In this document: piece by piece, positions 25,413 through 36,803 of the stretch
How positions within the stretch are numbered: position 1 is the stretch's first letter
How the letters are laid out: every line of letters begins with the position of its first letter
Source: Leptogorgia sarmentosa
Taxonomy: Eukaryota
Direction of reading: 5' to 3'
Length of the DNA stretch: 64,000 bases
Assembly: GCA_964658305.1 (NCBI GenBank)
Contig: OZ210885.1
Span: 20,274,001-20,338,000 of the forward strand
The notes under the pieces: generated by a model
What the model saw: only the letters and a program-made list of their open reading frames with translations
What the model was told of the DNA's origin: nothing
The model's database searches: none
Position numbers and translations under genes: made by a program

Positions 25413-25968
25413 AATTTTATATAAAACTGGATGGTTTTAATATGTATGCATTAAAAATCGCTTGCTGGGCACTAATATTCATATTCCGATTAAGATTCCT
25501 GCCTGGTATTTCAATTGCCACATATCTACTATATAGTAAACACCTAAACAATCTTCGGGTATTAGCATGCAAACTGCGGCAGTAGAGAGTACCAGTATAG
25601 TTCGCGCATTTACAATAATACAACAGAAAATTGGCACGCATATTTGATGACATCATTTGCATATATGTGTGTCATATATTGCGTGATATATGTACGAAGT
25701 GCTAATGCGCTATGACATCAAATGTTCAGAATAGCGGTTGCAAAATAGGATAGTGCCAATTTAATGCAGTGCTAGAAAAGTCCGATGACATGTTTAGAAA
25801 AGAGGAGTATGTGGTAAGGAGTAGGTAATTTACGTAAGTAGAACCGCTTCTATACAAGCCACTCCTGAGCGGCAAAGATATATAACGGACAAAATTTCCA
25901 CTTCTTCACATGTAAAAAAAACTAGTAGTGCAAAGTGTGATTACTGTCGTATACCCAAAATATATGAA

Positions 25969-27752
25969 ATGACCGCCTGTCTCGTGGAATCGTTGCTTTC
26001 TCGTCCTTTTGGATCCCGACCATTCTCAGAGAAAAAAGAAATTGTTGAAAGAGGATGCCCAACTCCCGAGATTCCAGAATTACACACAACATCGAAACAT
26101 GGCAGTAAAGTTTTTGTTCAAAGTTTTCAGACATCAAATTATGAAAAGTACAAGTGGCTTGCTGGTTCTACTAAACTCAATAAACTATTTTGCTGGCCAT
26201 GCCTTTTGTTCAATCCCCAGACAATACTGTATGGAATAAGAAAGGATACAGCGATTTGGGAAATTTGTCTAATGCTATCGGTAGACACGAGAAAACCAAA
26301 AGTCATTTGTCAAGTTGTTTGATGAATGCTGCTTTTGGTCGAGCCCGCATCGATTTGCAACTAGACAAGCAAACACGTCAGCATATATCAGAGCATAATC
26401 TGGCAGTGCATAAGAATAGAGAGATACTTCGCCGTTTTATCTATGTCGTTTGTTTCCTTGGGAACAAAGGAACTTTCCTTTAGAGGATGGGTGGAGGTCC
26501 AAGAATCAGCCAACCGTGGCAATTACGTGGAATTGGTGAAGCTGGTCAGTATATACAATTCCTCGCTGGAGCAACATCTTCAGACGGCTACTGTGTTTTC
26601 TGGAATGTCGAATCATATTCAGAAAGATTTGATCATTTCTGTTAAAAATGTCATAACCAAAGCAATTATGGACGAAGTGTTTAGCAGCTCATTCGTCGCG
26701 ACTCCCATGGACGAAACCTCCGACATTAAAATTTTGTGTCAGTTAACCACTATTATTCGTTATGTAAACTCTGATGGCAAACCTGTGGAGCATTTTCTCG
26801 GTACTGCTGTCCGATGGCATTATCACGCAAGACTAATCCATGCAATACTGGAGACGCGGGAGAACCTGGTGGAAGTTTTCGAATACATCCTGGAACACAA
26901 CGATGAATTCGAAGGTACTGTGCTAAACGAAGCTCGTGGCTACCGCAATACTCTCACAGATTTCCAGTTTGTGTTCTGCCTAAACATATTTTCACCTTTG
27001 TTCGGACTCACAACTATTCTCTACATATTGTCCAAAGCAAGCAGTTTGATATTGCGTATTGCATCAACAAAGTTCAGGAAATGAAAAGCAGAATTCAAGA
27101 ATTACGGGACAATTTTGAATCGTCTTGGAATTCTACTATAGAAGTTGCAGATATACCGAAGAGACGAGGGCAAACTGAACAACAAGTTAAAGCGTCATTC
27201 CGTCAAATGTTTTTCTCTGTCGTTGACACTGCGGTCATGCAGATTGATGTCAGGTTCGAAAGTCTGAACAGCATGAAATTTGTTTCCTTGCTTGACCATT
27301 CAAAACACGAGTTGTATAGTAGAGATTTCCCAGAAGAAGAATTACATTCCTTGAAAGCCACCTATGGCTCATTTTTCAAAAGCCTTGCCTTAAAAAGTGA
27401 ACTAACCATTGTTTATGCATCTGCTGAACTTAAATCGAAGCCTGTTTTTGTCATGATTAAAAAAATTGTCGAACTTGACTTACAGAATTGCTTTCCGGAA
27501 GTTTATCGTTTATGTCAACTTATCCTAACAATGCCAAGTACCTCGGCCTCGGCTGAGAGATCGTTTTCGGCACTCAAGCGCATCAAGACATACCTTCAAA
27601 GCACCCAAGGACAAGATCGGTTGTCAGCATTGGCTACCATCTCTATTGAGAAAGAACTTTTGACTTGTTTGCAGGGGAAACCAGAGTTTTATGACAACGT
27701 TATAAAGGAGTTTTGTACGAAAGAAAGAAGAATGGAATTTACGTTTAAATAG
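25969..27752 (+). pseudogene. hAT transposase (ZMYM1-like: TTF-type zinc finger, DUF4371-like region, dimerisation domain), frameshifted and internally deleted
   Basis: KLFCWPCLLF; NRGNYVELV; MDETSD; MPSTSASAERSFSALKRIKT; spread over four overlapping ORFs. Confidence 0.9.
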
Positions 27753-30692
27753 TTTCATTAACCCTTTTATATACATTTTTTATAATGCTTATGAGTTATG
27801 ATGTAGTCATATAGACTGAGGAAATATGTATAACATATTTATATCCCTAACTACAGACATGCATTTATTGACATTACAGATATTTGAAGATATTTTTGCC
27901 TCGTGTATTTACTTTATTTTAGTAGTGATTTTAGTCATTAACTACAGGTGAAACAAACACTAATTCGTTGTCATTTGCGACTGAAATCGCCATAAATGCC
28001 ATCCCGGAGCTTTGCAATTTCAAAAATTTTATGGGGGAGAATTCCCCCAGACCCCCCTTCAGGGTGTTCGCGACTTTGCCGCGAACACCGCTTGCCTACT
28101 AAAATTGTTCACCGCACGCCACTGGTTCATACTTTGTTCTTATATTATAACTACGGTATTATAACAGGAAATAAACATGTACATTCTAACATTTGCTCAG
28201 TATTATACACTTTCTTACTTTACACATCAGGTAAAATTTTATCATACACAGTTTACCTTTTTCTGAGGGATTAGTGTTTGTCATTCTCACTTGCTAGGTC
28301 CATTCCATCTAATGAAAACAAAATACAAGCAACATAAGCATTTATAACCTATTTAAAGCTGTATTTGAACTTTTCAATGGGAACTAATAAAATCATCTGG
28401 CAATAAAAATAATGAAAGATTAAGTTGGGCACATTGCATGAGTACATTGATAACTATGTCAAACATTTAATAATTCACCTTTGAGTTTCACATTGATCGA
28501 TAACTTCTTTACCAGTGCAGGGCAGACATAGCTTATCCAAAATTGTTGAAGTTTCTTCATGATACTCTCTACGAACATGGTATCATATGGCACATTGACA
28601 GATAGAATACCATGCTTAGTCCATACAACAACGTCACAGCTCCACAATCCTGTGACGAACATCTGTAACTGGACCTGAGTATAATAGCGGCATGTAGGCT
28701 TTAAAAGAAATGTATTTCCAACCTTTTTCCCACCAATTTCAGGGGTAAGAAAAGCCTTGTTCGGTGAAATATCACGATGCTTCATTGGGCATTTATACTC
28801 AACGACAACATTTGGACAATCAGCTGCACACGAACACATTCGAATGTTGTCAACACTAACTCCAATAAATGGCTTACTTTCAGAGAGTAGCAAACCCATG
28901 GAAATCAGTGTTAACTTGTGGTATCTTTTGCACTCAACCTTCACGTAACTCTGGCGAGCACTGATTTCATGCTTTAAACCCAGGAAAACAAAAATTGGGA
29001 GGAGATATCGGGTACACCATAGTTTCCACAAGCTTTGATGGATCCCTTTCTAATCTTTTGTTAATACTAGTTTGCATTGTTAGTGTCCTGTGAGCAATGG
29101 AACTTGTTATGAGCCAGTCTTCTGCTTGTACCAATTTTTGCACTTCCACTGTGCTTTTGTCATTTTTTCAACACTTTGAATGTCTTCTGAAGAATGATGC
29201 AACTCGGAAAGAAGGGCTTTGTCTGATGTTTCTACAACCTAACAAAAATATTAATACTATATAAGCAAAATAAATTTCAACAGGATTAACCACAACATAT
29301 TGATGGAGTTTTTTATACCTCATCTCCTTTGTTACACATCTTGATCAACTTCGTTTCCACAATGCCATGATTATTTGGTTCCCTTGCCTCATCTGCTGCA
29401 TGCTGTTTGCCAAATTTAGCTTTTGACACTGCCTGTAAATTATATGACTTGACCAGTAATGGCAGGATGCTGGGTCTCTGACCACAATCTGCTAATGCCT
29501 CTGTAAACTTCACTATTGACTTTGTTGTTGGTGGCTTCTGGTCTTCACCATGTCTTACGTTGACATCCATGTGTTCACAATATATATGTCCATTCTTTTT
29601 TCCATGTAATGGCAGTTCCTCTCTCTTTATGGGCAGATCCTTTACATCACATGGTTTGCTATCTGTTGTGGTTTATTTCACCCATACACATGGCATACTA
29701 GTAACACTATCTTTGTCACGTGTATTCAATAGATTTTCTAAGGAATACATGGCTGCCGCAATGTGTTTACACCTACCATCACGGCCGCCTATACAACAAC
29801 ATCTTGCGGCTATAACACTCCCCCTGTTGGCCCCTTTCCCTTCGAGTATGAACCAAAGGTCATAGTACGGTTTACTTTCGGCAGTCTTAACTTTCATAGC
29901 AGGTTTCACTTTGCCGACGTACAAATGAATTCCCACGTCTAATATCGTTTGAGTCAAGAGATTCAACATAACCATCTTGAAACAAACGATACTCATCAAA
30001 AGCCTTATATGCAGCCAGACACTGTTTGTCATAGTCAGCGAAATGATAGATTAAATAATTGAAAATATCATATAATCCGAATGGAGGGGAGTCGCCAAAG
30101 TTATTTTCCAAATTGTAGGATGAACTATCATGAATTATTAATTTCTGATTATCATGAGAGCCTTTTTCCTTCTCAAAGTTGGGATCGACTGGCAGCATCA
30201 TCTTCTCCACAGCAATCGCAATGTTAACCATAGCAGGTTTTAAATAGCCATTGATGCTAACTCCAGGCTCGCGAAGGTATGTTTTTAGCTCAAGCATGGT
30301 CATTTTGCTGAACATTTTCGACCCATAGGCATTAGGTAACATGATTATAAAGTAAAATGCCTTAAAAGTAATTTTTAACTACATTTTTGAGACACAAAAG
30401 AGCTTTTAAACATAATTTGCAGTTGCCTCTATATAAATGTATAGTGTGTCGACCTTGTGTTTGTCCGAATTCCTGTCATTTGATCACATGTGTTTGCCAC
30501 ATGCGTTGACCGTCGGAAACATGGATTGCTTGCATGTTATTAAATACTGCGAATCTAGCTAACCCTCATACCACAAAAAATTACAATTCTTTTCAGCCAT
30601 CTCCTGTTTCAATGGTATTTATTATAATTGCCGGCTGTAATTGAGTGTTAGGTTTCACCTAAATTAAAATTTAATGTATTTTTCCTATTACA

Positions 30693-33616
30693 GGAAAAAA
30701 ATATGTGGACCACTAGAAACACTGTGCAGTTCTAGTGACAGTGACTCACCCGACGCTTTAAGTGAGGATCAATCCATACAGTATTACAATGGAAATCTTC
30801 TTCTGCCAATTTTTTCAGCGGATAACAAGATTCTTTCCCCTGTTGAGGTCATGAATATATTGTTTAATGTTGGAAGATCTGTGAGTACACAATTCGTCTG
30901 TACGCACCAGCCATTACACATTGAACACAACAGAACGTTCGTGGTAGACCTTGAATCACTGAAATCTCATGAAGATATAAAATGTGATAACATTGGTAGC
31001 TGGAAGAACCAAAGCCAAAACAAGGTGTTGTTGGTGTTTATGCTTGAGCAAAAATTGATAGCGCGTCGTTGAATCATCACATGATGCATTCAGTCATAGA
31101 TTCTAATATCACTATACTCCCGTAACATCGTTAGAATAAGAAAAAATACTGTGATGCAGAGTTCAATAACTATGCTAAAATATGAATATCGACGGAAATC
31201 AGAAACATTTGGAAAATTTTTTTAATTTATTGTAAAAAATGTAGAAAAGGGTCTGAAATGAAAACGGTTTGTGAAACGTTAATATTAATATTGCAAAATG
31301 ACATGCTCTGGCATACAAATATTCTGTTATTTAAAGATTTTTATCTTTATCTAGTGCCTGAAGGCAGTATCCACAGGTACTGTTTGGTACAGTACTCTTT
31401 CAAGGAGGAAAAGAACATCGCATCAAAAAGCATCAACATCGCAACTCCAAGGGCAATGCAGCATCAACAAAGTATGTGCGTACTTGGGCAAGCACAAAAT
31501 TGCTTGTGAAGAATCTTTGCCAAGAGAACAAGCCCTGCGAAGTAATCTACAAGACTGTCACTGAAGAGCTTGGAGGAATTGTGAGTTGTTCCAGCGTCGG
31601 TCAACAGCCTCGAAATTGACAGCAAATAAAGGACTTTGCTAGAAATCAGTCAAAAGATAAAGAAGGCAAAAATCTTTCAGGAAAAGAAAAAACAGATGAC
31701 CCGTGGTATCGTCTTCTCTCAGAATGTAAAAGTCATGCTCCAAACAAGCCCACAGCTTTTATCTGAGATGTAAGAGTGACCCAGAACCGCTTTGCGTGAT
31801 GACGACTGATCGACAACTGAGCGATCTGAAACGACAACTACGACATCACACCAATTACATACCAGCACCTGGTACTCGAAAACCGACGAGATGGAGGCCA
31901 TCAATGCTCTTTAATTGGTCCAGTCCTTCTACATGAGAAGAAGACAATGGAAACGTACTACACTTTCGGCGCTGTGTTAAGAACATTAGAACCAGATCTG
32001 CAAGATGCTATGGCGTTTGGCACAGATGACGAAAAAGGCCTTAATTACGGGATTCAAAACTACGTTTGATAGATCGATCAATCTGCTATGCGAAATTCAC
32101 TTGAAGAAAAATGCGGAAAAGAAACTCCAAGAAATCGGCATAACTGGAAAAATCAAGGGTGATATCGTGGCTGACATCTTTGGCAGAAACACAGGCAGTG
32201 TCTACGAATTCACTCGTTCGTCACTCAGGTGGCATAAATTATTCCAAGGCTATAACCTTTGGGATGCCAGATGGGCGTGGACGCAAGGGAAGTAAACCTC
32301 CCAGAAAGAAAAAGAAAAAACAGGTCACAACGATTACCTCAGTCATGCCCTGTATCGCAGATTCAGTGCCTATCCCTCCAGTGTCCAACTACGTTACTGA
32401 TCAATATCCATTAGTTAGTGACAACACTCGTTCTATGCAGTCCATTCAACAACTATCATTTATCTCGAGACAAGGACTGTCTGATGAATGGGAGGAGACA
32501 GCAATATCCCAACAAATTCCTACTCCCATGCACACTGTCAATGCCTTCATTTGGAAATTGGCGTGGACATTCACCAAATGGTGCATCATTGCCGCAGTCT
32601 GCTGTCATTCAACCACTTGGACATTGCCAAACTTTGTTTCGCCAGCCATCCTCACATTCCATATCTCCTCAGTGTACTTCACAGCGCACTACTCTATTTG
32701 GACAATCATTGACCAGCACCACAACCGATGATTCCAAATCCGTTAAATTCCCACCCACCCATTTATAACCAGACAAACCAGTGTCGTCCTCAAATTCAGC
32801 CAAAAGTTTCATTTCCAACTCCCAATGAAGGCGAGTTTCATATCTATTTGCTGCAGTTTTGTCCTGGTCAAACGTCAATGTGTTTTGGATGTGGCAACCC
32901 AATTAGGAATGAGGATGTTGCACTAGTATTTCCAAACGATTTGGTCATCGTTTCAAAAATGCTCAGAGTGGTCTTACCAGGGAACTGCACAGAGGAAAAT
33001 AGCAAACGTTTATTTTCACTGCAAAGAGCAATGTGTGCAGAAGAAACAGGCAATCTTCACCAATTACAGGTGATCTGAGAGCACGGCTCATCTAAGAGCA
33101 TGTTTACGCATCATATGTTGACAAACTTTTAACTGAGTAATATTTGAGTTATTTGTTCATTATTGATAATCAAACATGCACGTTTTATTGAATTATTCGT
33201 CAAAAAAAGAAACACAGTGTAGTGCATAAAGTAGAGAACATTAATACGAACTTCAACAGAAGTGCAGGAGTAACTTGGTAACTGCAAGTTAAATGTAATC
33301 AAATGTCGTTATTCACTGGCAAATTAACAAGCTGAAAGACAGCCATGGATAATAAACAATACGTATGTTTGTAAATCACATATGGGTATTCAATTGATAA
33401 AATTTATATTGTTGGTTACATTCCTGCAGTGTTCCTTATCTGTCTAAAAAAAGTATATGATATAAATATACTAGAACACCAATATACTAGTCCCTTACGA
33501 TTTACAGAGTATTTTGAAAACGAGATATGAAAACTCTTGGTATCCCCGTCCGCTCTTCGCATCCGCTTCCTGGTATCGGGTATCCGCTACCTGGTACCTG
33601 TGTTTTCTACCATGCC
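30693..33616 (+). mobile_element. Degenerate Mutator-like (MULE) element / transposase pseudogene
   Basis: Around 31900-32150 reads IGPVLLHEKKTMETY...AFGTDDEKALITGFKTTF...LLCEIHLKKN (MULE D and CxxH motifs); many stops; tentative terminus ...TTTTCTACCATGCC at 33616. Confidence 0.6.
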
Positions 33617-35449
33617 ATTTTATTCGGCTCTTATTTTCCGGCTCTATTTCGCTATATTTTATTCAACATGATAGGAAGTTTGTGGATGATCATTACATAG
33701 GTCATTTAGAGTTGTTTTCTGCTTGAAGTAAGTTTTTTACATTAAATATTTGGCTTTGAAACGCAGTTAATAATCCATATCTAGTGATAAAACTTTCTCT
33801 AGCATTGTTGTCATGGAAATAACTCGCAGGGAAAACCCCAAGAGAAATATTTGCTTGCAATAAATTCAAAATGGCTGCCAAAATGGAGTATGCTACTAAA
33901 ATTAATTTGAGACTAAAAAGTCTCATGACTTTGCTTGGTCATATCTCCGGTTCTATTTGCCGAATAAGAAAACAAATACCGCCATTCGATTCAGCCTAAC
34001 AACCTCTATCTAAATACCTGTTGTCTGTGTGTATAGAATGCAGTACAAGCGAATATATACATGCTAGAAACCATACAAACTTCAATATGTGAGAATTGTA
34101 TGTACTTTCCTTTGCATATTACTTTTTCAAAGTTATACCCAAAAAATCGCCTTGGAAAATACTATATTTGTGCATATTTTTATGGCTATAGCTAAAAAAT
34201 TCGCCATAAACCGGCAGTTAAACCAGCCTGCCAAGTTTCTTGCGTGTGCGCCAAAGAAGAAGGAACATGTTCTCTGGCCAAAATAATACGAATAATGCAC
34301 CCTACGCTGTCGAGGGCACCGGAACTATTGGCTATCTACATGGCTCGGACTATTGTGCAACCTGATTTTGGTAAATCCCATGCATTACAACAATAATAAA
34401 AACGCTTGTAAAAATACTTGTATTCTATAATAAAATATAATCAAAAAGTAGTCTTATATAAGAACTACCACCATTATTCACATTCTTAGAGTTTAAAGCT
34501 AATTACAGTCATTATTATGTATTTAGTTATCTATATTAGTTTTGTTATACTTTAGCAATACCCGCATGTAATTAAGGTCATGCTATAAAGTTCTTTAAAA
34601 AAAAGGTCATGTGATTGTAGCTATGGTAACTGGTTAATAGCATATGACCTCCAAGTTACATTTAGTGTTTGTGCCAACCTTGGTTGTAATTCATTCAACC
34701 GTTTGGTAGCAATGTATTTTGTTAATGGCCATGGCACAGAAATTTCTGCAATTAGAGCCATGCCTTAATGCCCCTGAGTTGTCAAACAGTCATTCCAATG
34801 ATTCATTCTACGCTTCTTCCCTTGTTACTCTCCAAACTCAAAAGCGAATTATCCTCTATATTGCAAATATCACCTTTTGCGATACAAACCTTGGGAAAAC
34901 TTGCAAAATCATACATGCAATTGTGAAATACCCTCAGACACTGCCTATAACAATTGTTGGCTTGAATTTTTGAACTCACCTGTTTCATCTGATTATGTAC
35001 CATCTTGAAGATGATAATGGTAATGATAATTACAAGTAATAGCATGGCTTTTCGAGAGATTAGTGATTAAATGGTCCTATAACCCGAGGTAGGTTTGAGG
35101 GTAAGGGACCATTTAATCACTAATCCATAACCGAGCAGGTGATAGCGGGCAATTAGTTAGTAATTGACCCAGTAAAAACAAAAGAAACCCGGTCAACTAT
35201 GCTATTACTGTAATAACGAACATGAAAATCTTCCCAAAGACGAATGGATGATTCTGTCTAATTATCATAAACTTTAAGACACACATCAGCACTCTGAAAA
35301 ATCATACAACTGGCAATTAGATGCAACAAAGTACACTACTGAGCAAAATGCCTCTATGACTAAATTGGTTACCAACCAAAAGGCTGATTATACTGTTGCT
35401 GCAAGAGACTATCAAGTAGACACAACAACATTGAATGATAGCAACAATT

Positions 35450-36600
35450 AGCTTATGACATCGTTGTTAACCACCACAGCAAAACAATGGCCAAAGAACA
35501 ACTTTTATTAATTATAATTGGTGATGGTGGAACTGGAAAAAGCTATTTAATAAATGCAATTCGAAATTATTTAGAGGATAATTGTGTTGTAACAGTGACA
35601 ACTGGAAAAGGTGCTTTTAATATGAATGGCACAACTATCCACTCATGTTTAAAACTTCCTGTAGGCCAAATGTCTAAGTAAGATTTATCTGGACAAAGCT
35701 TGCACACGCTACAAGACAATTTATTGTCTGTTGAGTTAATCATAATCGATGAATGCTCTATGCTCGGTCAAACAATTATAGGGTGGATTGACAGATGTTG
35801 TAGACAAGCCATTGGTTTGAAAGATAGCTTATTTGGTGGCAAGTCTATAATTATGATTGGTGACCCTGGGCAATTACCACCAGTTGGAGACAAACCATTT
35901 TACCATGATCAACCATCTAATCCAGTAGCTGAACAAGGCTATCTAGCATATACAATGTTTGATAATGTTGTGGTGCTTGATGTTTATCAGAGAGTAAGTG
36001 GTGATGAAAGTGAACAATGTAGATTTAAAGGCATTTTATGAAGACTTCGGACAGCAGACATAAGTTTAAATGAGTGGAAAATACTTCTCACTCGCCAACC
36101 TACTGTCTAAGATTGATGATTTTTCAAGTGCAACGAGCTTATATTTTAGCAACGAAGAAGTAGCAATACAATTATGATTACTTGGTTAAGTTAAGAACAC
36201 CAATTGCCGAAATCCATGCTCGACATTCCAGTAATGATGCTAAACATGTTAGTTCCCAAGATATGGTTGGTTTGCATCTATTTTGATTTCCAAAGGAGCA
36301 AGAGTAATGTTAACAATTAATTTATGGGCATCTGTGGGTCTATGCAATGGCTCAATAGGAACCATTGTTGATATTATCTATGCAGGCAACCATGCTCCAC
36401 CTGACTTGCCTGTTGCTGGTTTGGTAAAATTTGACAACTGCAATGGTCATTCATTTGCAAATAAACCTTCTTGTGTTCCTATTCCACCAGTGACTGCAAC
36501 AATCATGCTAGGAATTACTTATGTTGGAATAAGTTGTGTTCGAAATTTATAATCACTAATAATGGAACCAATGATGTTTGATAGACTTGCCTCTATAAAA
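35450..36600 (+). pseudogene. PIF1-family DNA helicase remnant (Helitron/Helentron-type)
   Basis: GDGGTGKS (Walker A), TGKGAFNMNGTTIHS, IIIDECSM, FGGKSIIMIGDPGQLPPV, GARVMLTINL...GLCNGSIG; intronless, several stops. Confidence 0.8.
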
Positions 36601-36785
36601 AAAATTCAATCATTGCGCCAGTATATATATATAGCTCAGTGACTATCTTGGGTTCCCTGTATTAGTGTGTAATTTTTTTGTCGGCCATATTGGTTTTGTG
36701 TTCTTGTTGATACAAAGATTATCTCAATAAAACCTTTTCCTTTAACCTGTCTGGTGTTGGGTTGAGGCTCGTTTCATCACTGGCG

Positions 36786-36803
36786 TGGTGGCAGCGGTGG
36801 GAT
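36786..36803 (+). other. Primer-binding site complementary to the tRNA-Leu 3' end
   Basis: TGGTGGCAGCGGTGGGAT matches the known eukaryotic tRNA-Leu end ...ATCCCACCGCTGCCACCA. Confidence 0.75.

Larger units (their letters stand above)
22117..25522. mobile_element. Penelope-like retroelement with inverted partial duplication (pLTR at both ends), inserted in the hAT
   Basis: Plus arm 23420-25522 has RT (SFDIKSLFTNIP, GVAMGSPL, RYVDD) and GIY-YIG (YKYKCQCCDALYVGQTRR); minus arm 22117-23416 is an inverted copy with deletions; 13-bp TSD TATCTACTATATA at 22104-22116 and 25523-25535. Confidence 0.9.
21225..28124 (+). mobile_element. hAT transposon inserted in an intron of the ISL2EU second gene
   Basis: TIR CAGTGGCGTGCG / CGCACGCCACTG; perfect 8-bp TSD GTTCATAC at 21217-21224 and 28125-28132. 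Confidence 0.93.
19870..30342 (-). pseudogene. Second gene of the ISL2EU element: SWIM zinc finger + YqaJ/lambda-exonuclease + Ulp1 (C48) protease; multi-exon, disrupted
   Basis: CCCIGGRDGRCKHIAA (SWIM); PFIGVSVDNI...VVEYKCP...YYTQVQLQM (YqaJ); LLPQQMLNDNIV, MHWLL (His 20576-20574), IMDSL (Asp 20531-20529), PQQPISSNNCGIY (Cys 20167-20165). Confidence 0.75.
16826..30528. mobile_element. ISL2EU-type (PIF/Harbinger-related) transposon with two convergent genes and nested insertions
   Basis: ~110-bp imperfect inverted repeats 16826-16936 and 30420-30528 (true termini may lie slightly further out); THAP-HTH-DDE_Tnp_4 gene on plus, SWIM-YqaJ gene on minus. Confidence 0.8.

Noticed and set aside
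25969..27752. Host gene ZMYM1
   Set aside because: Inside hAT TIRs with an 8-bp TSD and multiply disrupted.
35036..35212. Small inverted-repeat element (AGTAATAGCAT...ATGCTATTACT)
   Set aside because: Short TIR with no convincing TSD; could not classify or fix boundaries.
35450..36600. Host PIF1 gene or a complete Helitron
   Set aside because: Intronless and full of stops; no Rep domain or diagnostic Helitron termini visible, and the 3' side is cut by the Gypsy LTR.
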